Shown in pieces: positions 24,719 to 38,900 of a DNA stretch of 64,000 bases. This stretch comes from Yuukianura sp. NJ FZ-2021 (taxonomy: Eukaryota): the NCBI GenBank assembly GCA_046563655.1, contig CM102289.1:930001-994000 (forward strand), in the 5' to 3' direction. Numbering within the stretch: the stretch's first letter is position 1; each line of letters starts with the position of its first letter. The notes beneath the pieces were generated by a model that searched no databases, was not told the DNA's origin, and saw only the letters and a program-made list of their open reading frames with translations. Position numbers and translations under genes: made by a program.

Positions 24719-25715
24719 TTCAGTTAATTTCTCCTTTGTTTGAAAATTTGTATAAAATCGTAAGTGCTGAGGCGAGAAATTTTTGAATTAGTTTCACAAC
24801 TCAACTTTGTCTTTTCCATTAAAAACAAGGTTACTAAGTCGCGAGTTGAGTTGAAGACTGAGTTGAAGACAGGAAGGACTGTGACTTCCCGGAAGAGGCG
24901 GGTAGCTGGTGCCATGAAGTTGATTCTTTTTAAATTTGAATTGCCAGAACGGACGAAAAGTTTTACTTTTGTTAGATTTCAATGCTCAAAAGTTTCGTTC
25001 GTACTACTTGCATTGCGTGCAGGTAAAATGGTCAAACCAATAATATGATCAAAAAGTGAAACTTTTTGAAAAGAGAAAATTTCAAATGTTACAATTAGTA
25101 AACTAGGTTTTGTTAGGCTAGGTTGTTTTTATGTTTGCTTGTTATTGTTTGACCTTTTCACTTTTTGACAAAGTTGTTTTTGACAATTTTCCATGGAACC
25201 GGGTTGGACTCTTAAATGTCAGGCTAAACGAGGATGGAGAAACTAAAGTATTGCAAAAAATTTCATGCGAATATTTATTTAGACATGCAGTCCACTTATC
25301 TTAAGCGTTAGGTCACGAAGATCATCGAAAATAACAACTTCCAATTTAAATTTTTAATTTTAAATTAAAATTTCTAAATTTAAAGAAAATTTCCAAACCT
25401 TTATCTCAAGCTTAAGCTTAAAACTGGAACTGGATTTTTTTTAATTCGTGTAAATTTCCAAGCGATTATTAAAATCTGAATCAAAACTGGTTTTCCGAAT
25501 TGCATTTTTAATTGACAGAAATTCATAAGAAATATTGCTCAATGAAAAGATGCGCATTGTAATATATAAATAAGAAACCCACGCAATTCGAAATCATCAC
25601 CGCAGTTGACATATTACTATTCACTACTCGCTTGACAATTGAACCTCGGCTAATAATTTCGCATTTTTAGATTTCATAATTTCTTTACAAAACTATTTGA
25701 ATTTGTGTTTCCACT

Positions 25716-26627
25716 ATGGATTCTAAGCAGATTTTTTTTTTTTTTGGTTTTGCATTTTCTTCCTCGGCAGTGCCCATGCAAAGGTAATACTGAATTTTTT
25801 TAAACCGCAAGAAAACCATAAAATGGTTTCCTTGAGACGATTTTTTTTTTGCTTTTTGAATTTTTGCAGTTGATTTTTTTTTAATTTGCTTACTAGCAGT
25901 CAGATTTTGGACGACGTGACAAACGGAACTTGGACGTCAGAGAATACTTGGATTAAACTTGGATTAGACTGATCGCAATAGTAAAACTAGTCGTCGGATT
26001 ATTTTCACTAGGACTCAACTCAACCATTGAATCGGTAATTTTCTTCCACAATTTTCGAAGTTGTACTAAATTTGATTTGATTTGTGAAAACTTGTGAAAA
26101 ACACAAACTCACAGATATTGGATAGCTGATTGAATTTATAACTTGCACAAATTTTACGTTTTTGTAACATTTTCGTGCTTCTTGGACGACAAAAGTTTTT
26201 AAAATCTCCGATTGTTTGTCAAATACAGACTGAGAATAGACGTACCGTGACATTCTACCGTCTTAAGGATTTTGGCACTGGCTCAAGTAAATTAACTGAT
26301 TAATTAACTTTTCTAAATTGAATTTTGAGCATTTCAATTTGAAAACTAAAAACTATATATCTTGTAGAAGAACACGAGGAGTTCAATTTCAGCAATTCAT
26401 TTTGTTCCGGATCTGGATGCTGTCGAAATTTGAATCACTTGAATGACGACTCGCAGTCTCTGCGCACTCGTAACCTCTGTGCCAAAGTGTTCCTGGACAA
26501 AAACTGCTCCGGTCAATCACGAACTTTTGGAAAACATTCATCAATTTCAGATTTAACAGACTTCAACGACAAAATCAGTTCAGTAAGCCTTGCTAGGGAA
26601 ATTAATTACATAACTATGATTCTTTGA
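25716..26627 (+). pseudogene. Paralog of the crystallin-like gene; frameshifted, lacks the coiled-coil exon
   Basis: Exon 1 is 68 nt (T14 run shifts the frame). Exon 2 QSDFGRRDKRN... runs into TAA. Last exons TVTFYRLKDFGTGS and CRNLNHLNDDSQSLRTRNLCAKVFLDKNCSGQSRTF...FNDKISSV lack the terminal Cys. Confidence 0.65.
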
Positions 26628-27097
26628 ACCTTAAAACAAGGACAGCATACATTGTAAGTTTACAAAAGTATGTTGATATGTATAAAAATTCTAAAGTTAA
26701 AGTAAAAAAAGTAAAAATTGTTCCTAACACGTGAAAATTGTTTAACAATTTTAATTTGAATAAAATTGTAAGTGTCTATGTCACAAAAGGGTGTTATTCG
26801 ATTTAGTTTCTTGTATTCAACTGTACACGGAACCGCATTGGAGTGTCTTATCATACCTAATGCGCGTTTCAGACTTTTAGGGTCCCCATATCTGTATGGC
26901 AAATACGAGTTGAGACAAATAGCAAGTTAGTATCGTTTTCGTTCCGAATTTCGAGACAGGTTAGCCTACTTACCTAGGCTAAACTACGTAACCTAAATTT
27001 GTGCAATACTAACCTACAGACGTAGTCCCTTTTAAGTACTTTAACCAAACCTAACACCGCGCCTTTGGCGCGGTAACACAAGCTAACCCACCTGAAA

Positions 27098-27292
27098 GTG
27101 AATCATTCGATTGAATTCATAGATTCAGCGTGCGGTGCTCATACGAACACGATCGAATCCACTTGGCGACACGCAAAAAGGTTCATGCCACACTACAACC
27201 GCCGGAAGAAAAACTATCCTGGATATTTGGCGCACTACATGTTTATGAAGTGGTGTAAATCGAAAAAAATAGAAAACGACGAGAGCGGTTAA
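27098..27292 (+). mobile_element. Merlin/IS1595 (ISXO2-like) DDE transposase C-terminal fragment
   Basis: VNHSIEFIDSACGAHTNTIESTWRHAK...PGYLAHYMF matches the VNHSxxFxDxxxGAHTxxIESxW signature. No upstream catalytic Asps and no TIRs were found. Confidence 0.85.
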
Positions 27293-27555
27293 CACCGATT
27301 GCAGATTCGGAATCAGCGTTAAAACTGAGTTAATTGAGATATTTATCTCAATTATACAAGCTTCGCGAGTTTTCGGTAGATAAGCCATTTGTTTATTGGA
27401 ATTAATGGAGGTTAGTTTAGTTTTGAGTTTGTGTTTTATTTTATTTTTGAGTTTAGTTTACTTTCAGTTGCAGTTTAGTAATGGTTTGTAAGGTTAGTAA
27501 TTTAGATTTAATTTCGCGTGAATGGACTATGATGCAAATAGTTCAAGGCTAAGCG

Positions 27556-28218
27556 TAATAAACCGGTTGTAAACCGCGCATAACGAAATAGCTCAAGCCA
27601 ATAGATGGTTTTTCCCCTAGGTGGGGAATGTGGGGGGTGGGTACTCACTCTTTTCCCCGTCTCCCCTACATTCCCCACCATTTTCCACATTCACACGCCT
27701 CCCCCGGGGGAGTGGGGGTATGTTCCCCCCACTTTTCCGCCCCCCCCCCCGGTTAGTGGGGTGGGTTCCCCCTCTTCACCCACCTAGGATACCTGCCTTA
27801 TATGTGAATGGGCAAGGTAGCAGGCTTCCCTTGCCCATCTACACTATATGTTAATATGTTGACCTTTGATCCCGGTTTTGACCCCCTTGGAGGCGTCAGA
27901 GAGCCATGATTCATATACCAAAGTTGTTCCTCTCATTGAGGGACAACTTGATGGTCATTTTCCTCTCATAGATGGTTCCTCTCATTGTTAGGGTCATTTT
28001 CCCGGTTTTATATTAAAAAGGTCAATGAACTTGACCTTTGACCCATTAAAAGGTCATAGACCCGGAAACAAAAACAAAATTGATCTGGAGGCCGTCATGG
28101 GATGTCCGTTGATGAAAACCCGGGGAAAATTGGTCCGGTAGTTTCCGAGATAATTGCTGGGTACGGACAGACAGACAGACATGAATCAGATTATTAAATA
28201 GCTTTCGCTATTTAATAA
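27556..28218 (-). mobile_element. Non-autonomous Helentron/DINE-1-like (HINE) element
   Basis: Same end taataaaccggttgtaaaccgc and same core (cccccacttttccgccccccccc; gtagtttccgagataattg) as 23951-24718. (gaca)n microsatellite. Perfect hairpin ttattaaatagc-tttc-gctatttaataa at 28191-28218. Confidence 0.75.
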
Positions 28219-28484
28219 ATGCTACCTAACTCGTTGTTACTTGTATTTTATTTACCATTGAGTTGTTAACGCTGTCACTGTAGTGGGTGCATGACATGTA
28301 ATTCCAGTGTGCTGCAACAGTTTTTACAAAGTTTGTCTGGGTCTCCTGAAAAAGCGGAAATAACGGATTCCACATTTCACTTTCTCATTTTCAGCTGCTT
28401 TTATGTAGAGTTCTTATGTTCAAGTTTAAACGTCAGTCAATTAATCCGTGTAGCAACATAAGGAGACTAGCAGGGTAATTAACA

Positions 28485-30735
28485 ATGATTCACACTCTAT
28501 TCATCATCAACACTTCAGGGTAAGTAGTAGAAACTTTCTACTAGAAAGTCTTCTAATTGTGCATTTGTTTTTTGAAGTTTAGGTTAACTATATGATTAAG
28601 TTCAAGAACTCATTGTCATTTGTCAGGGATGTTTTCATGGAGAAGCACTGGAAGTCCGTCATCTCTAGGTCAGTGTGTGACTACTTCTTCGATGAACAAA
28701 AGAAGCTGAGCAATCCTAGTGACATGCCACCAGTGATTTCTACGCCACATCATTACCTCATCACGATCTACAGGTCAAACCTGTACTTTTTGGCAGTTTG
28801 TACTACTGAAGGTAATTGCTTCAATTAATCATACTTTTAGCATAAGAAGATAAGATGGCCAGCAACGAAGGTTTTTGAGTAGTATTAAATAACAACACAT
28901 ATTCTGCTATTCCAGTACCACCGCTATTTGTAATTGAATTTCTGCATCGTGTGGCCGATACTTTTCAAGACTACTTCGGAGAGGTGTCGGAATCCATCAT
29001 AAAGGAACATTATGTCATCATCTACGAGGTAATTACATCCTTTCATTTGTAAATCCTGGATTTTATGTTGCAAGTGAGCCTAACTGACTGTCTTTCTTTC
29101 AAGCTGCTGGACGAGATGCTGGACAATGGTTTCCCCCTGGCGACGGAATCCAACATCCTGAAGGAACTGATCAAACCTCCGAACATTTTACGCACTATTG
29201 CCAACACTGTCACTGGCAAATCAAAGTTAGTTCTGCAATGTCTCTTCTAATATTCACATTGTAATTATTGTAAATCTCATACGAAACTACTACTAGATAG
29301 AATTGTCTTTTTGCAGTGTCAGCGTAACGCTTCCGACAGGTCAGCTGTCCAACATTCCATGGCGCCGGACAGAGGTCAAGTATGCAAAGTAAGCTCCATC
29401 CTCTAATTCTTAGTTACATGCAATTTTCGATTTAATAATAGCGCAATTTTTTCCACAGCAATGAAGCCTACTTTGACGTAATTGAAGAAGTTGATGCGAT
29501 AATTGACAAAACTGGCTCCACCGTCATCGCTGAGATTCAAGGCTATGTAATTTTGGAAACCATTTTTCTAACTGATCAACTGATGACTGATTGAAGTTTT
29601 TCTGAAGTTGACTTTCTGTTTTGCAAAAATACAGATTGACTGTTGCATCAAGCTCAGCGGACTACCCGATTTAGCTATGACTTTTGTCAATCCAAGGCTT
29701 CTTGACGACGTTAGTTTCCATCCGTGCATTCGATTCAAACGATGGGAGGTAAATATTTCCATATGAAGTCAGCCAATGAAAAGAATCCTTTTGTTTGTTT
29801 TCAAATATTCGTTGTTGATTTACTTCTGTTTTTGTGATTCTCAGAGTGAAAAGGTGCTATCGTTTGTTCCTCCGGACGGCAATTTTCGACTCATTTCTTA
29901 CCATATTGGAGCACAGAACATCGTAGCTCTGCCAATTTACCTAAAAAGCAACATTTCTTGGAAGGATGGAAAACTGGACATCACTGTAGGTCCGAAGCAA
30001 ACAATGGGACGTCAGGTGAGGAACTTGCCGTTAGATTAGGCATGAAGAATGCATTTGAATTTTGGCATTTCGAATTTTGAATAATGTTTAGGTGGAGAAC
30101 GTTTCTGTTGAAATTCCAATGCCGAAGTCCGTGATCAATTGCATTTTGACTCCATCTCAAGGGAAATACTCATTCGACACAACAACCAGAATTCTCCACT
30201 GGGATGTCGGAAAAATTGATGTCGTCAATCGCCTTCCACCCAATATTCGTGGCACGGTGAGAGAAATAGTTTCAATTTGCAGTTTTATCATCTTAATTAC
30301 ACTTGTTAACGTTAACCTGCACCCCCTTTGTTCTTTTTTTAGATGAGCATCCAGAGCGGAAGTGGTTCAATTGATGCAAATCCAACTGCAAACGTAAGAA
30401 AATCATAAAATCTATTCTCAATGTATGTCGTTTATCCAACGCTTTTAATGTTTTGCCTTTCAGATCCATTTTATCATCAATCAAATGGCCGTCAGTGGAA
30501 TCAAGGTAAGCAGCACTTCATATATCTCGAAAAATACTGTTTGAGTTGAACAACACTTACAGTGCCTGACGCTGACGGGATGCACTTGTTCGCTTTTGCG
30601 CAGCTTTTAGTAAAAACATTTTTTATTTTACTTTTTTTCTAGGTGTCAAGACTTGACATGTATGGCGAGAAGTATCGGCCCTTCAAAGGAGTCAAATACA
30701 TCACCAAAGCTGGAAAATTTCAAGTTCGTCTATAA
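28485..30735 (+). CDS. AP3M1: AP-3 adaptor complex subunit mu (carmine ortholog), 12 exons
   Basis: MIHTLFIINTSGDVFMEKHWKSVISRSVCDYF, LLDEMLDNGFPLATESNILKELIKPP, LPTGQLSNIPWRR, SFHPCIRFKRWE, VLSFVPPDGNFRLISY, YRPFKGVKYITKAGKFQVRL*. Confidence 0.97.
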
Positions 30736-31771
30736 TCTACACAATCATCTTCAGGCTGATCCATAACGAACAAAACGTACAATTTTTTGAATCAAATTTT
30801 TTAAAGTAAGCCAAAGCATAACGGACTAAGGAAAATTTCGAATTAAGATAAGTAAGCGTTCAATATGGATCCAGTAAATTAGTCACATGACACAACAGAA
30901 ATTGTCCAGTTTTGTAAACATTCTCATACTTTCAAAATTCAGGAAATCAGAAAAGTGAAACAGTATCAACGCCTTCGTTGTTGCTGCTTATTTTTTAAAT
31001 CCACTTTTTTTAACGTTACGAAATACGGGCGGATTCGATTAAGTTTTTACATTGCATTTGAATTTTAATCCTCTCAGCGTCCGCTCGGTTTCCACCGCTT
31101 TTTTTGCATGTAGTAAATCCATATCCGATTCGCTTTTTTCTTTTTGGCTGCGTCAGCTCTTTTTCAGTTTAGCCTATAAGCCAAATGAGATAATATTTTT
31201 TTGCCAAAGAGGATTAGGTTGTTACTACAAATAAATTTGAATGTGTGAGATGCGCCGGACCTGTCCAGTATAGGTAAGCTCCATTTGTCATGGCTAAAAA
31301 ACTGATTTCATTTTTAGCTTTCTAGTTTATGAAAACATTCAAAATTTGAAGTCCTGAAAATGTTTTTAGGTTGGCCTTTGACCTTTTGTATGTTGACATT
31401 ATTTGGACCCTGTCAAGTGGAAAGTGGAGTGATGAATTGTTATGATTAGGGTACCACCGGAACCAGGCCTGCCAAAAGATGTTTCCGGAGTGATGATACT
31501 TTTAGAGCAGAAAGTCAATGGAAAGATAACAGTGACATTCCCTAATCATAACAAAGGGGCAACTTGAGACGTTATTATTGAGGGAACTACTGCAAATGCA
31601 CCACTTTCGAATATTATCTTTCCTCCAAGCACTTTTCCCAAAGCGCCAAAATTCAATTTTACTTTCCCCCCTCCACCCCCCGGGAAAGATACACTTCATC
31701 TGTTGAACAAGTTGTCACAGTTTTAGTTCCGGTCTTCCTTTTGTTACAGCTTGAAGACCAGTGTCCCTGTT

Positions 31772-32045
31772 TACTATCGTAAGCTACATTGTGTAATCGA
31801 ATTGTCTGTCTGTCTGTCCGTTTGTCTGTCCGTGGACGATTTGAATTACAGTAAGCTTTTGAATTTCCCACCAGCAGTAATGTACCGGCTAAGTAGCGAA
31901 AGCTACGTTGTGTAACTTACATGTCTTTCTGTCCGTCCGTTTGTCTGTCTGTCCGTCCGTTTGTCTGTTTGTCCGTCTGTCTATCGGACTGTTCGTCATG
32001 CATTACCGCTTTAAACCTAAGATTTGCCCACCAGCAGTAAAGTAT
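31772..32045 (+). mobile_element. Two tandem 5' fragments of a DINE-1/HINE-like element
   Basis: Hairpin gtagc-gaaa-gctac followed by (gtct/gtcc)n microsatellite. Both copies end cccaccagcagtaa. Confidence 0.55.
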
Positions 32046-32992
32046 GGTTGGACATTCCTTGTGATTACGCTACTAAGAAAATGAAATTTTGAAATTCCCG
32101 CCATCCCGGGCTTGGTTTACTAAACTTTGGATTCCAAGATTCTAAAGACTTTGTGTATCAAAGATTCCAGGAGGAGAATAGAGAAAGTCTTTCCTTTCTC
32201 CCACCAAAAACCGCAAAATTCAAATAATTCAGCTGTCAAAAGGTTATCATTCTTAATTAAATATTTCAAATTCCTTCGCTCCCGTTTCTCCATCTTTGAA
32301 TCTCCCGGACGATCTCTGTTTTCAAAAAGAAAATTTACCCGCATGGCAAATTTGCCCAATTGGAAAGGTATCACCATTTTGAAATCTTGGCGGGAAATTT
32401 TGAAATTTCGGTTTAACGTCGATGAGTTATCTGCTCCCAATCACGTCCAGTTCCGGGAAATATGTGTTATGCATCGATGCACTTCCACCGGAAGTCAGGA
32501 AATCAGGAAGCTTCCAGGAAAAGTGGCGAGTCCAGAGATATCCTGATCCTTGACGATTCCTGATCCTGATCAGGAATTCTGCACATGAACTTTCTTGCTC
32601 ATTCGCATCTCTCTGTCTCACTTTTGTTTCTGGTGGACTCAAGTATTCAAACGATTAGAGTGTTTTTTTGATTTAAAACAATGTTCCCAAATTCCTGATT
32701 TAAAATAACTTTTTATCAACTAAGCAAAAATTTTATTCACCAAACGTTTAAACTGCACGACAAAATTTCAATTTTTGGAAATTCAAATTTTTTTTTTCAA
32801 AGTAACTTTTACTATGTATATAAAATTTCTAACGATGAGAAGTGAGGAATCCATCATAACTTATTTAGTAGGAACGACAGTTAAAACCTTTGTTTGAAAA
32901 TCCAATTTTTTTTTTCTTTTTTCAAAATTTTGAAACGCTTCAAATTGAACATAACTAATTTTTCTCACATTCCAGGAACAAGGCATATGAGG

Positions 32993-35900
32993 CTACCGGA
33001 ATAGGTAGAAACTGCGAGTTCCAAAATTCAACAAAATGATCAAAATTTGTGAAAATTTTCTACTTCCGTGCAACAAATTTGCACCAGAGTGAATAGTCGT
33101 CGTGAGGTCAAAGGGTTGAAATGTTTCCACCAAAGAAATTTTTGAATCTTGGCGCTGCTGTGTCTTTTTGTGCTCCGTCCCACCTCCACCAGCCCCACTT
33201 GACCCACCGCCACCCTGTTTCTGATTTTCCTCTTCCCCGGCTCCACTCAAATCTCCGTGATCTGCTGCTGGCAAGTTCATTTCTGAAATTTTTCATTTTT
33301 TTCATTTCATTTTTCAAAAAATCAAAATTTCAAACAGAAATTTTAAACGTGGTTTGCACAAGACGGGAGGGCTAATTACAAAGTCCTTTGAACAAACTTT
33401 GAAAGAAACGAGATGAGCATAAGATGAGACAGATTTGAATAATTCAGGAAGATTCAAAGGGAAACGCGGGAGTAAAAATTTGAGTTGAGGGTGCGGGAAT
33501 GTTTGAAATGACATATTTGATTTTAAGGCGGGAGAATATGAAAAGTTGTACCGTGAATGTGAATGGTGCCTTCGGTGTTGCCCATGGAATTTTGAGAGAT
33601 GCACTTGTAGCCAGAGAAGTCACGATTTCCTAACTGATGAATCCACAACTTCATCCGTACTCCGTACTGTGACAACGCGTCCTCAGTCATGTTGAACTTT
33701 TCGTTCGGAATAATCATCTCACCTAAAAAAAAAGGCGCGAAATATAAAAACCGATACAAATTTGAATTTCGCGGGGCGTCCCAACACTTCTCCGGTTCGG
33801 CAGGGCCTCAGCGCAAACAAAAAACCGAACAACCCACAAATGGAGAAGAAGACAAAAAAAAAACACAGTATATGCCTCAGTTTTGTGTGAATTTTGCGCC
33901 TCACGCGCGAGTTTTTTTTTTACTTTCATTTGAATTTTGCGAGTTTTGTGAGAAATTTACGACTTTTGTGGGAATTTTGCTAAATTTTGCGGGTTTCGCT
34001 TGGATTACTAGACTTTAGTGGAAATTTCGCCACTTTTGGCATGTATTTCGCGCGTAAGGCGCGTAGTTCGCGAGTGAAAAAACGAATTGTGCAATGTGTA
34101 CCACCGATGACGTGAAAAAAAGTGTAGTGATGGAAGTTGTTGATTTTCGGGGAACTTTTTAGGCGGTTTGGCGTTTGATGTTTTCGGTGAAAGTGAGTGC
34201 AAAGGAGGGAGAAAATCTTTGAAAAGAAGAAAAACGGCGGGAAAACTTTTCCGCTCTTTGTTTCCATTGTCTTTTTTTTCTTCTCTTTCGTCAAGCTGAT
34301 ACTTCCTGGACATGTTGCCTTTGGGCTCAACCAATTTTGTCTTGTTTTCTTTTAGCAAAAGACCTCAACAAAACCTAATTCGGAAATGATTACGTTCGTT
34401 AAGTCGGAAAAAGTCTCTCCGGAGAGATTTCTAACGGAAACGCACCATGAGGGAACCCAAATGGACTTTTAGCGGCACAAAATACCTCACAAACTGAGGT
34501 CAACTCCGCCCCATTTGGACTCGAGTCAACAACTCTGTTTGCTCTACAAATTTTACGTAAATAAATATCCTCCTGGCTGGAATTGAACTTTTGCCCCTGG
34601 CAGGAATTGAACCCATGACTCTTTTTTGTAAACCGCGCCCTCTTACCAGATCGCTGATCTGCTCTTTTTGACATATAGCGTTTATTTTTAAGGAAACAAC
34701 CTTTGTATCTTCAAATGTGTTTTTTATTTTGAAAAAGAGTGGGAGAATTCAAAAAGTTAAGTTTTCTAAAATGAATGTGTCATTCTCAGCCTCTTTTTTG
34801 AATTTTTTTTAACTTTCGTTTTTTGAAAAAAGATACCTCTCCAACCTCATCCATCAACACCAGAATAATAATGTAATGATAGATGGGGATGGGTGAAAGT
34901 GAAGTTCAAAAGAATTCAAATTTCAATGAGACCAAAACCTTTCTCCCGCTTCGAAAAAACGAATCTCAATTTTTCGTTTTCAAAAAAAAAATTCTCCCGC
35001 TCTGCTAAAATACTTTTGTCACGACCACAAAACTCGAATAATTCACATTCACTTTTCTCCCATTTTGAAAAAAAAAGCGGGAAATGCAGCACACCCAATT
35101 TTTCAAAACACTCAAAACTTTTTTTTCTGAAAACTTCAATTCAAAACACATTTGAAAATCATTCAACGATGCTCGCCCGGTGACAAGTCAAGATGCTTGA
35201 AAAAATGGAAAAGTCAAACAGTTTTTCTCTTGACTTTTTTTTTTTGCTATCTGCCAAAAAAAAATTTCTTTTAGTGGAAAAATTTGCTTTCTTTTGCACA
35301 ATTTGAAAATTTCAAACAAGCCCGCCGTTTTTGGTCTTGTATTTGAATAAACTTGGAAACAAGAATCTGACTTTGGCAGAAGAAAAACGGAATCTGAGCT
35401 TCCCAGAATACAGAACAAGGGAGGGGCGCGGGAAAGTTTTTTTTTTTGAAAATTGCCCCGTTGTTGGGCGAAAGTCGATCAGAAATTTTCCAGTTGGGTA
35501 AAAGATTAGACTTTTTGAACTTTTTTTTACTCAAAAAGGAAAAAGCGGGAGAAAGTATCTCGAAAACTGCATTTTTCAAACAAGATCAATTGCATTCTTG
35601 AAATACTTTTGTTCCTTTTAAGTTCTGCTTAGAAGAACAAAAAGAGTGAGGGAGAGGGAGAAAGTGAAGAAGATGGATACAAGGGCATGGAATGCAAAAC
35701 ATTTTTTGAAATTCCCTCCAGACTTTTCTCCCGCCCTACCATCTTTTCCACACAACAACAAAAAAAAGTTCCCGCGCTTTTACAACTTCTGTTTCCATTT
35801 ATGTTTTCTCGTCGCTTTTTTTGAGTCCTTTGTAGTGACGAAAATAAATTTTCAAATTTAATCCCAAAAGTAACGACTTAAAACCACTTTTGTGCCATTT

Positions 35901-38900
35901 ACATTTTCCCGCTCTTTTTATAAACGTAACACAAAACGCTCATGTTATCAATACCGCAGTAAATGGAACAAAATACAAAGATGAAACGAACAAAATTTAA
36001 TTTCAAAATACTTCGAAATTTCGAAAAAGTACCCGTGTCATATTCGGAAAGTGCAAAAACCTTTTCGTTATAAAACTTGCGGTGCAAGAAAAAAAAATTT
36101 GTTTGTTTTTTTTTTCGAAAAAGAAGAAAATAATGTATGTAAATTTTATGCCTTGACGTGATAATTTCTCAAGTTTAAGAGACAGAAGTGAGGCCCGACC
36201 CTTTGCATGTTTTAAAAAGTGCGCCCATTTATTTTTCCTGACAAAAGCTTGAATAATCAAGAACCAATTTGACTTTTTCACATCTCTCGGACACGCCCAA
36301 ATCATTTCCAAAAATTCCCAAAAAATGCATAAAATTGCATAAATGCAATTTTCATAAAATTTTATAAAAATCTAAAACTTATAGTCTAGAGCGTACCAGT
36401 GTCTCTCGTCCAGTAGTTGATGGCTTTGGGTGAGGCCTCTGCCATGCACTCCAAAACAACACTGTCACCCCGCGGAGCTGCGACCAACTGACTCGGCACT
36501 TGAATTAACGGATGAACTGCAAAAATTTTCAAAAAACATCTTAAAACACAAAACTAACTTTTTTTCAAAAATCCAAAAAATAATCCAAAATTGCAAGCAC
36601 TAACATAAACATTTCAAAGATTTTGCAAATTTGCAACTTCCAAATTTCAATCGACGTTGTTTTTACTTTAAGTTTTGGTAGAATTACAACAAGAGATAAA
36701 ATTTTGTGGAATTTAGTAGCAGAATTGAGTGTTTTTCTGATTAGTTGGATTGCATCGTGTAGTTTTCTTGTGTAAATTGAAAAGAAAGTGAAAGTGATGC
36801 TGTTTTTGTTCCTCTTTTAAGCTTGAGTATACTATCTTGTTGCAAAAGAAAGTAAAAAAGAGAAACAAGGAATTCCTAGTTTAATGTGAGGAGAGGGGAG
36901 GTTGCAAAGTCGGAGGAATTTTCAATAAAAGAGGAGAAAGCATTTAGTTTGCTTTCACTTTCGGAGGAAAAGCAAAAACAAAGGAGACACGAGCTAAAAG
37001 TCTGTTCAAATTTCGTCAAAGAAAACATGAATGGAAGAGCGGGAAAATACTTACAGTGAACTTGAACCGTCATCCGCTTACTAACGGAGGGAGGAACTCC
37101 ATTGGAGGCAATACCTTAAAAAACATTGCCACTCGTCCAGCAATTACTTCTTTGTTAAACTTCCTACCAACTACGGTAATTAAGTATACTCGAGTGATAT
37201 TCTTACAGAGATAAGCACCCATTTCACTTCGTGTTATTTTAGACAAGTTGAGCACGTCACCCTCGAAAGTTTTCACTGAAAAGAGAAAGTCACCGGAGTG
37301 GTTATAACCACTCAAGGGTTACGGTAGGTAACCTTTAGGTTACGGTAATCACTCAGGGATGGTTATGACAACGCATGTCGTCGGTGATTAGACTCACCTT
37401 TGCGTTTCCCGCCCTGACCCTCCTTGATGATAATGTGATTTCCGTCTTCCTTTCTCCAAGTGATGACTGGCTTGGGATAGCCGCGGGCTTTACAAATTAA
37501 TTTTGCCGTGCCCCCCTCCGGTACCATTAAGTCACCCGTCGTCTCGTCTGTCGTGATGTCAGGCGGAATCACCACTTCCAAATAGCCAGTCTACACACAT
37601 AGACATTAATGTTCAAGGATGTCAAAAATATCTATTCTCCGTGACTTTAATACTACCAAGAAAAATATTCTCGGGTTTTTTTGCTATTAAATATTTATTT
37701 ATTTGCCCATGGCCTCAATGTTAATAAAAAAAGTATTTGCGGGTTTTTTGTTAGTAAAAATTCATTTATTTGCCCATTCCATTAATGCTACCTTAAGTAA
37801 ATATTTGGCGATTTTTACAATTTTTTTTTTATATTTGGAGGGTTTTTAGCACATATTTTTGACAACGCTGGCAATTATCTTATTGTGTGTCATGTTAGTT
37901 TATGGAGAAGTGACACGCAGGCGCACAACTCTACTCTGGTCGTGTCACAAATTAAGTTCCGTGTTAGATGATAAATGGTGTTGACAAATGTGCCATGCTT
38001 GGCGTCACTTTTTGTAGACATTAACTTCTACTCTCAGAGTATAAGTGACAATGAAAATTAAAGTGCGTTGCACTGCAAATACTAATTTTGAAAAAAAAAT
38101 TCTGAAAAGTTTAAGAAAAATATATGATTGACGTTTCAAAAACTATTTCAGTCCATAGACGATTGATTCTACATTGATTTTTGAGAGGAAAGCTCGCTGT
38201 TGTTAATTCCTTTCTAGAATAACTCCGAGCATTCTGAATTTTGGAGTAGGCTAAAATTTTGCACATCGAATTTTTTTGGTCATGTAAGTAATTACAAGGA
38301 AAGTTTTTGTAATTACAAGGAAAGGATAATTACTAAGAATACACATCTTTTTTTAGAATAAGTGAAGGGCTCTCCAGTAATTACTGTGAAATACATTTGT
38401 AATTAAATCTGTAATCGAAGTAATTAACTAAAAGTAAGAACTTACGGATTTTTGTACAGGATTTGAGTTTACTTGGCACATGTAGAATCCCTGTAGAATG
38501 AAAATATTTTTAAATTCATGCAAAATGATTTTTTTGGGGAAATTTAGACAATAATTTGCATAATTCGTAGCTAATTTTGGATTTTATGATTCTCATACCT
38601 TGTCGACTCTTTGTACATTTTTGATGTGGAGAGTCCATGTGACTTTGTCGTTCATGGTGACAGAGAGCCGAGCGTTGTTGGTGATGACGTGGTCATGAAT
38701 AGCCAAAATGGCTTTAGTATCCACCTTAATCCAAGCAATCTATGCACAGAGACAAACTTTTAGTTCTGCGCAGCTCTACTACGCAGAATGCCAAATCTAC
38801 TGTTTACAGTGAGTGCTTAATTTCCTCAGCAACAGATTATGACCCAGGGTATTTGTGTTAGTTAATTGATGAGTTTGGCAAAAGGATTTTGAAACCACAC

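Larger units (their letters stand above)
21540..26640. repeat. Tandem segmental duplication (about 21540-23950 and about 24850-26640)
   Basis: Colinear shared blocks, e.g. aagttgattctttt(t)aaatttgaattgccag, gatcaaaaagtgaaactttt, ccacttatcttaagcgt, a TATA-like region and the crystallin-like exons. Confidence 0.85.

Noticed and set aside
33760..36390. Numerous 60-116 aa K/F-rich ORFs in the DIP intron (and similar ones at 54-60 kb)
   Set aside because: Low-complexity A/T-tract translations with no recognisable motifs or exon structure.
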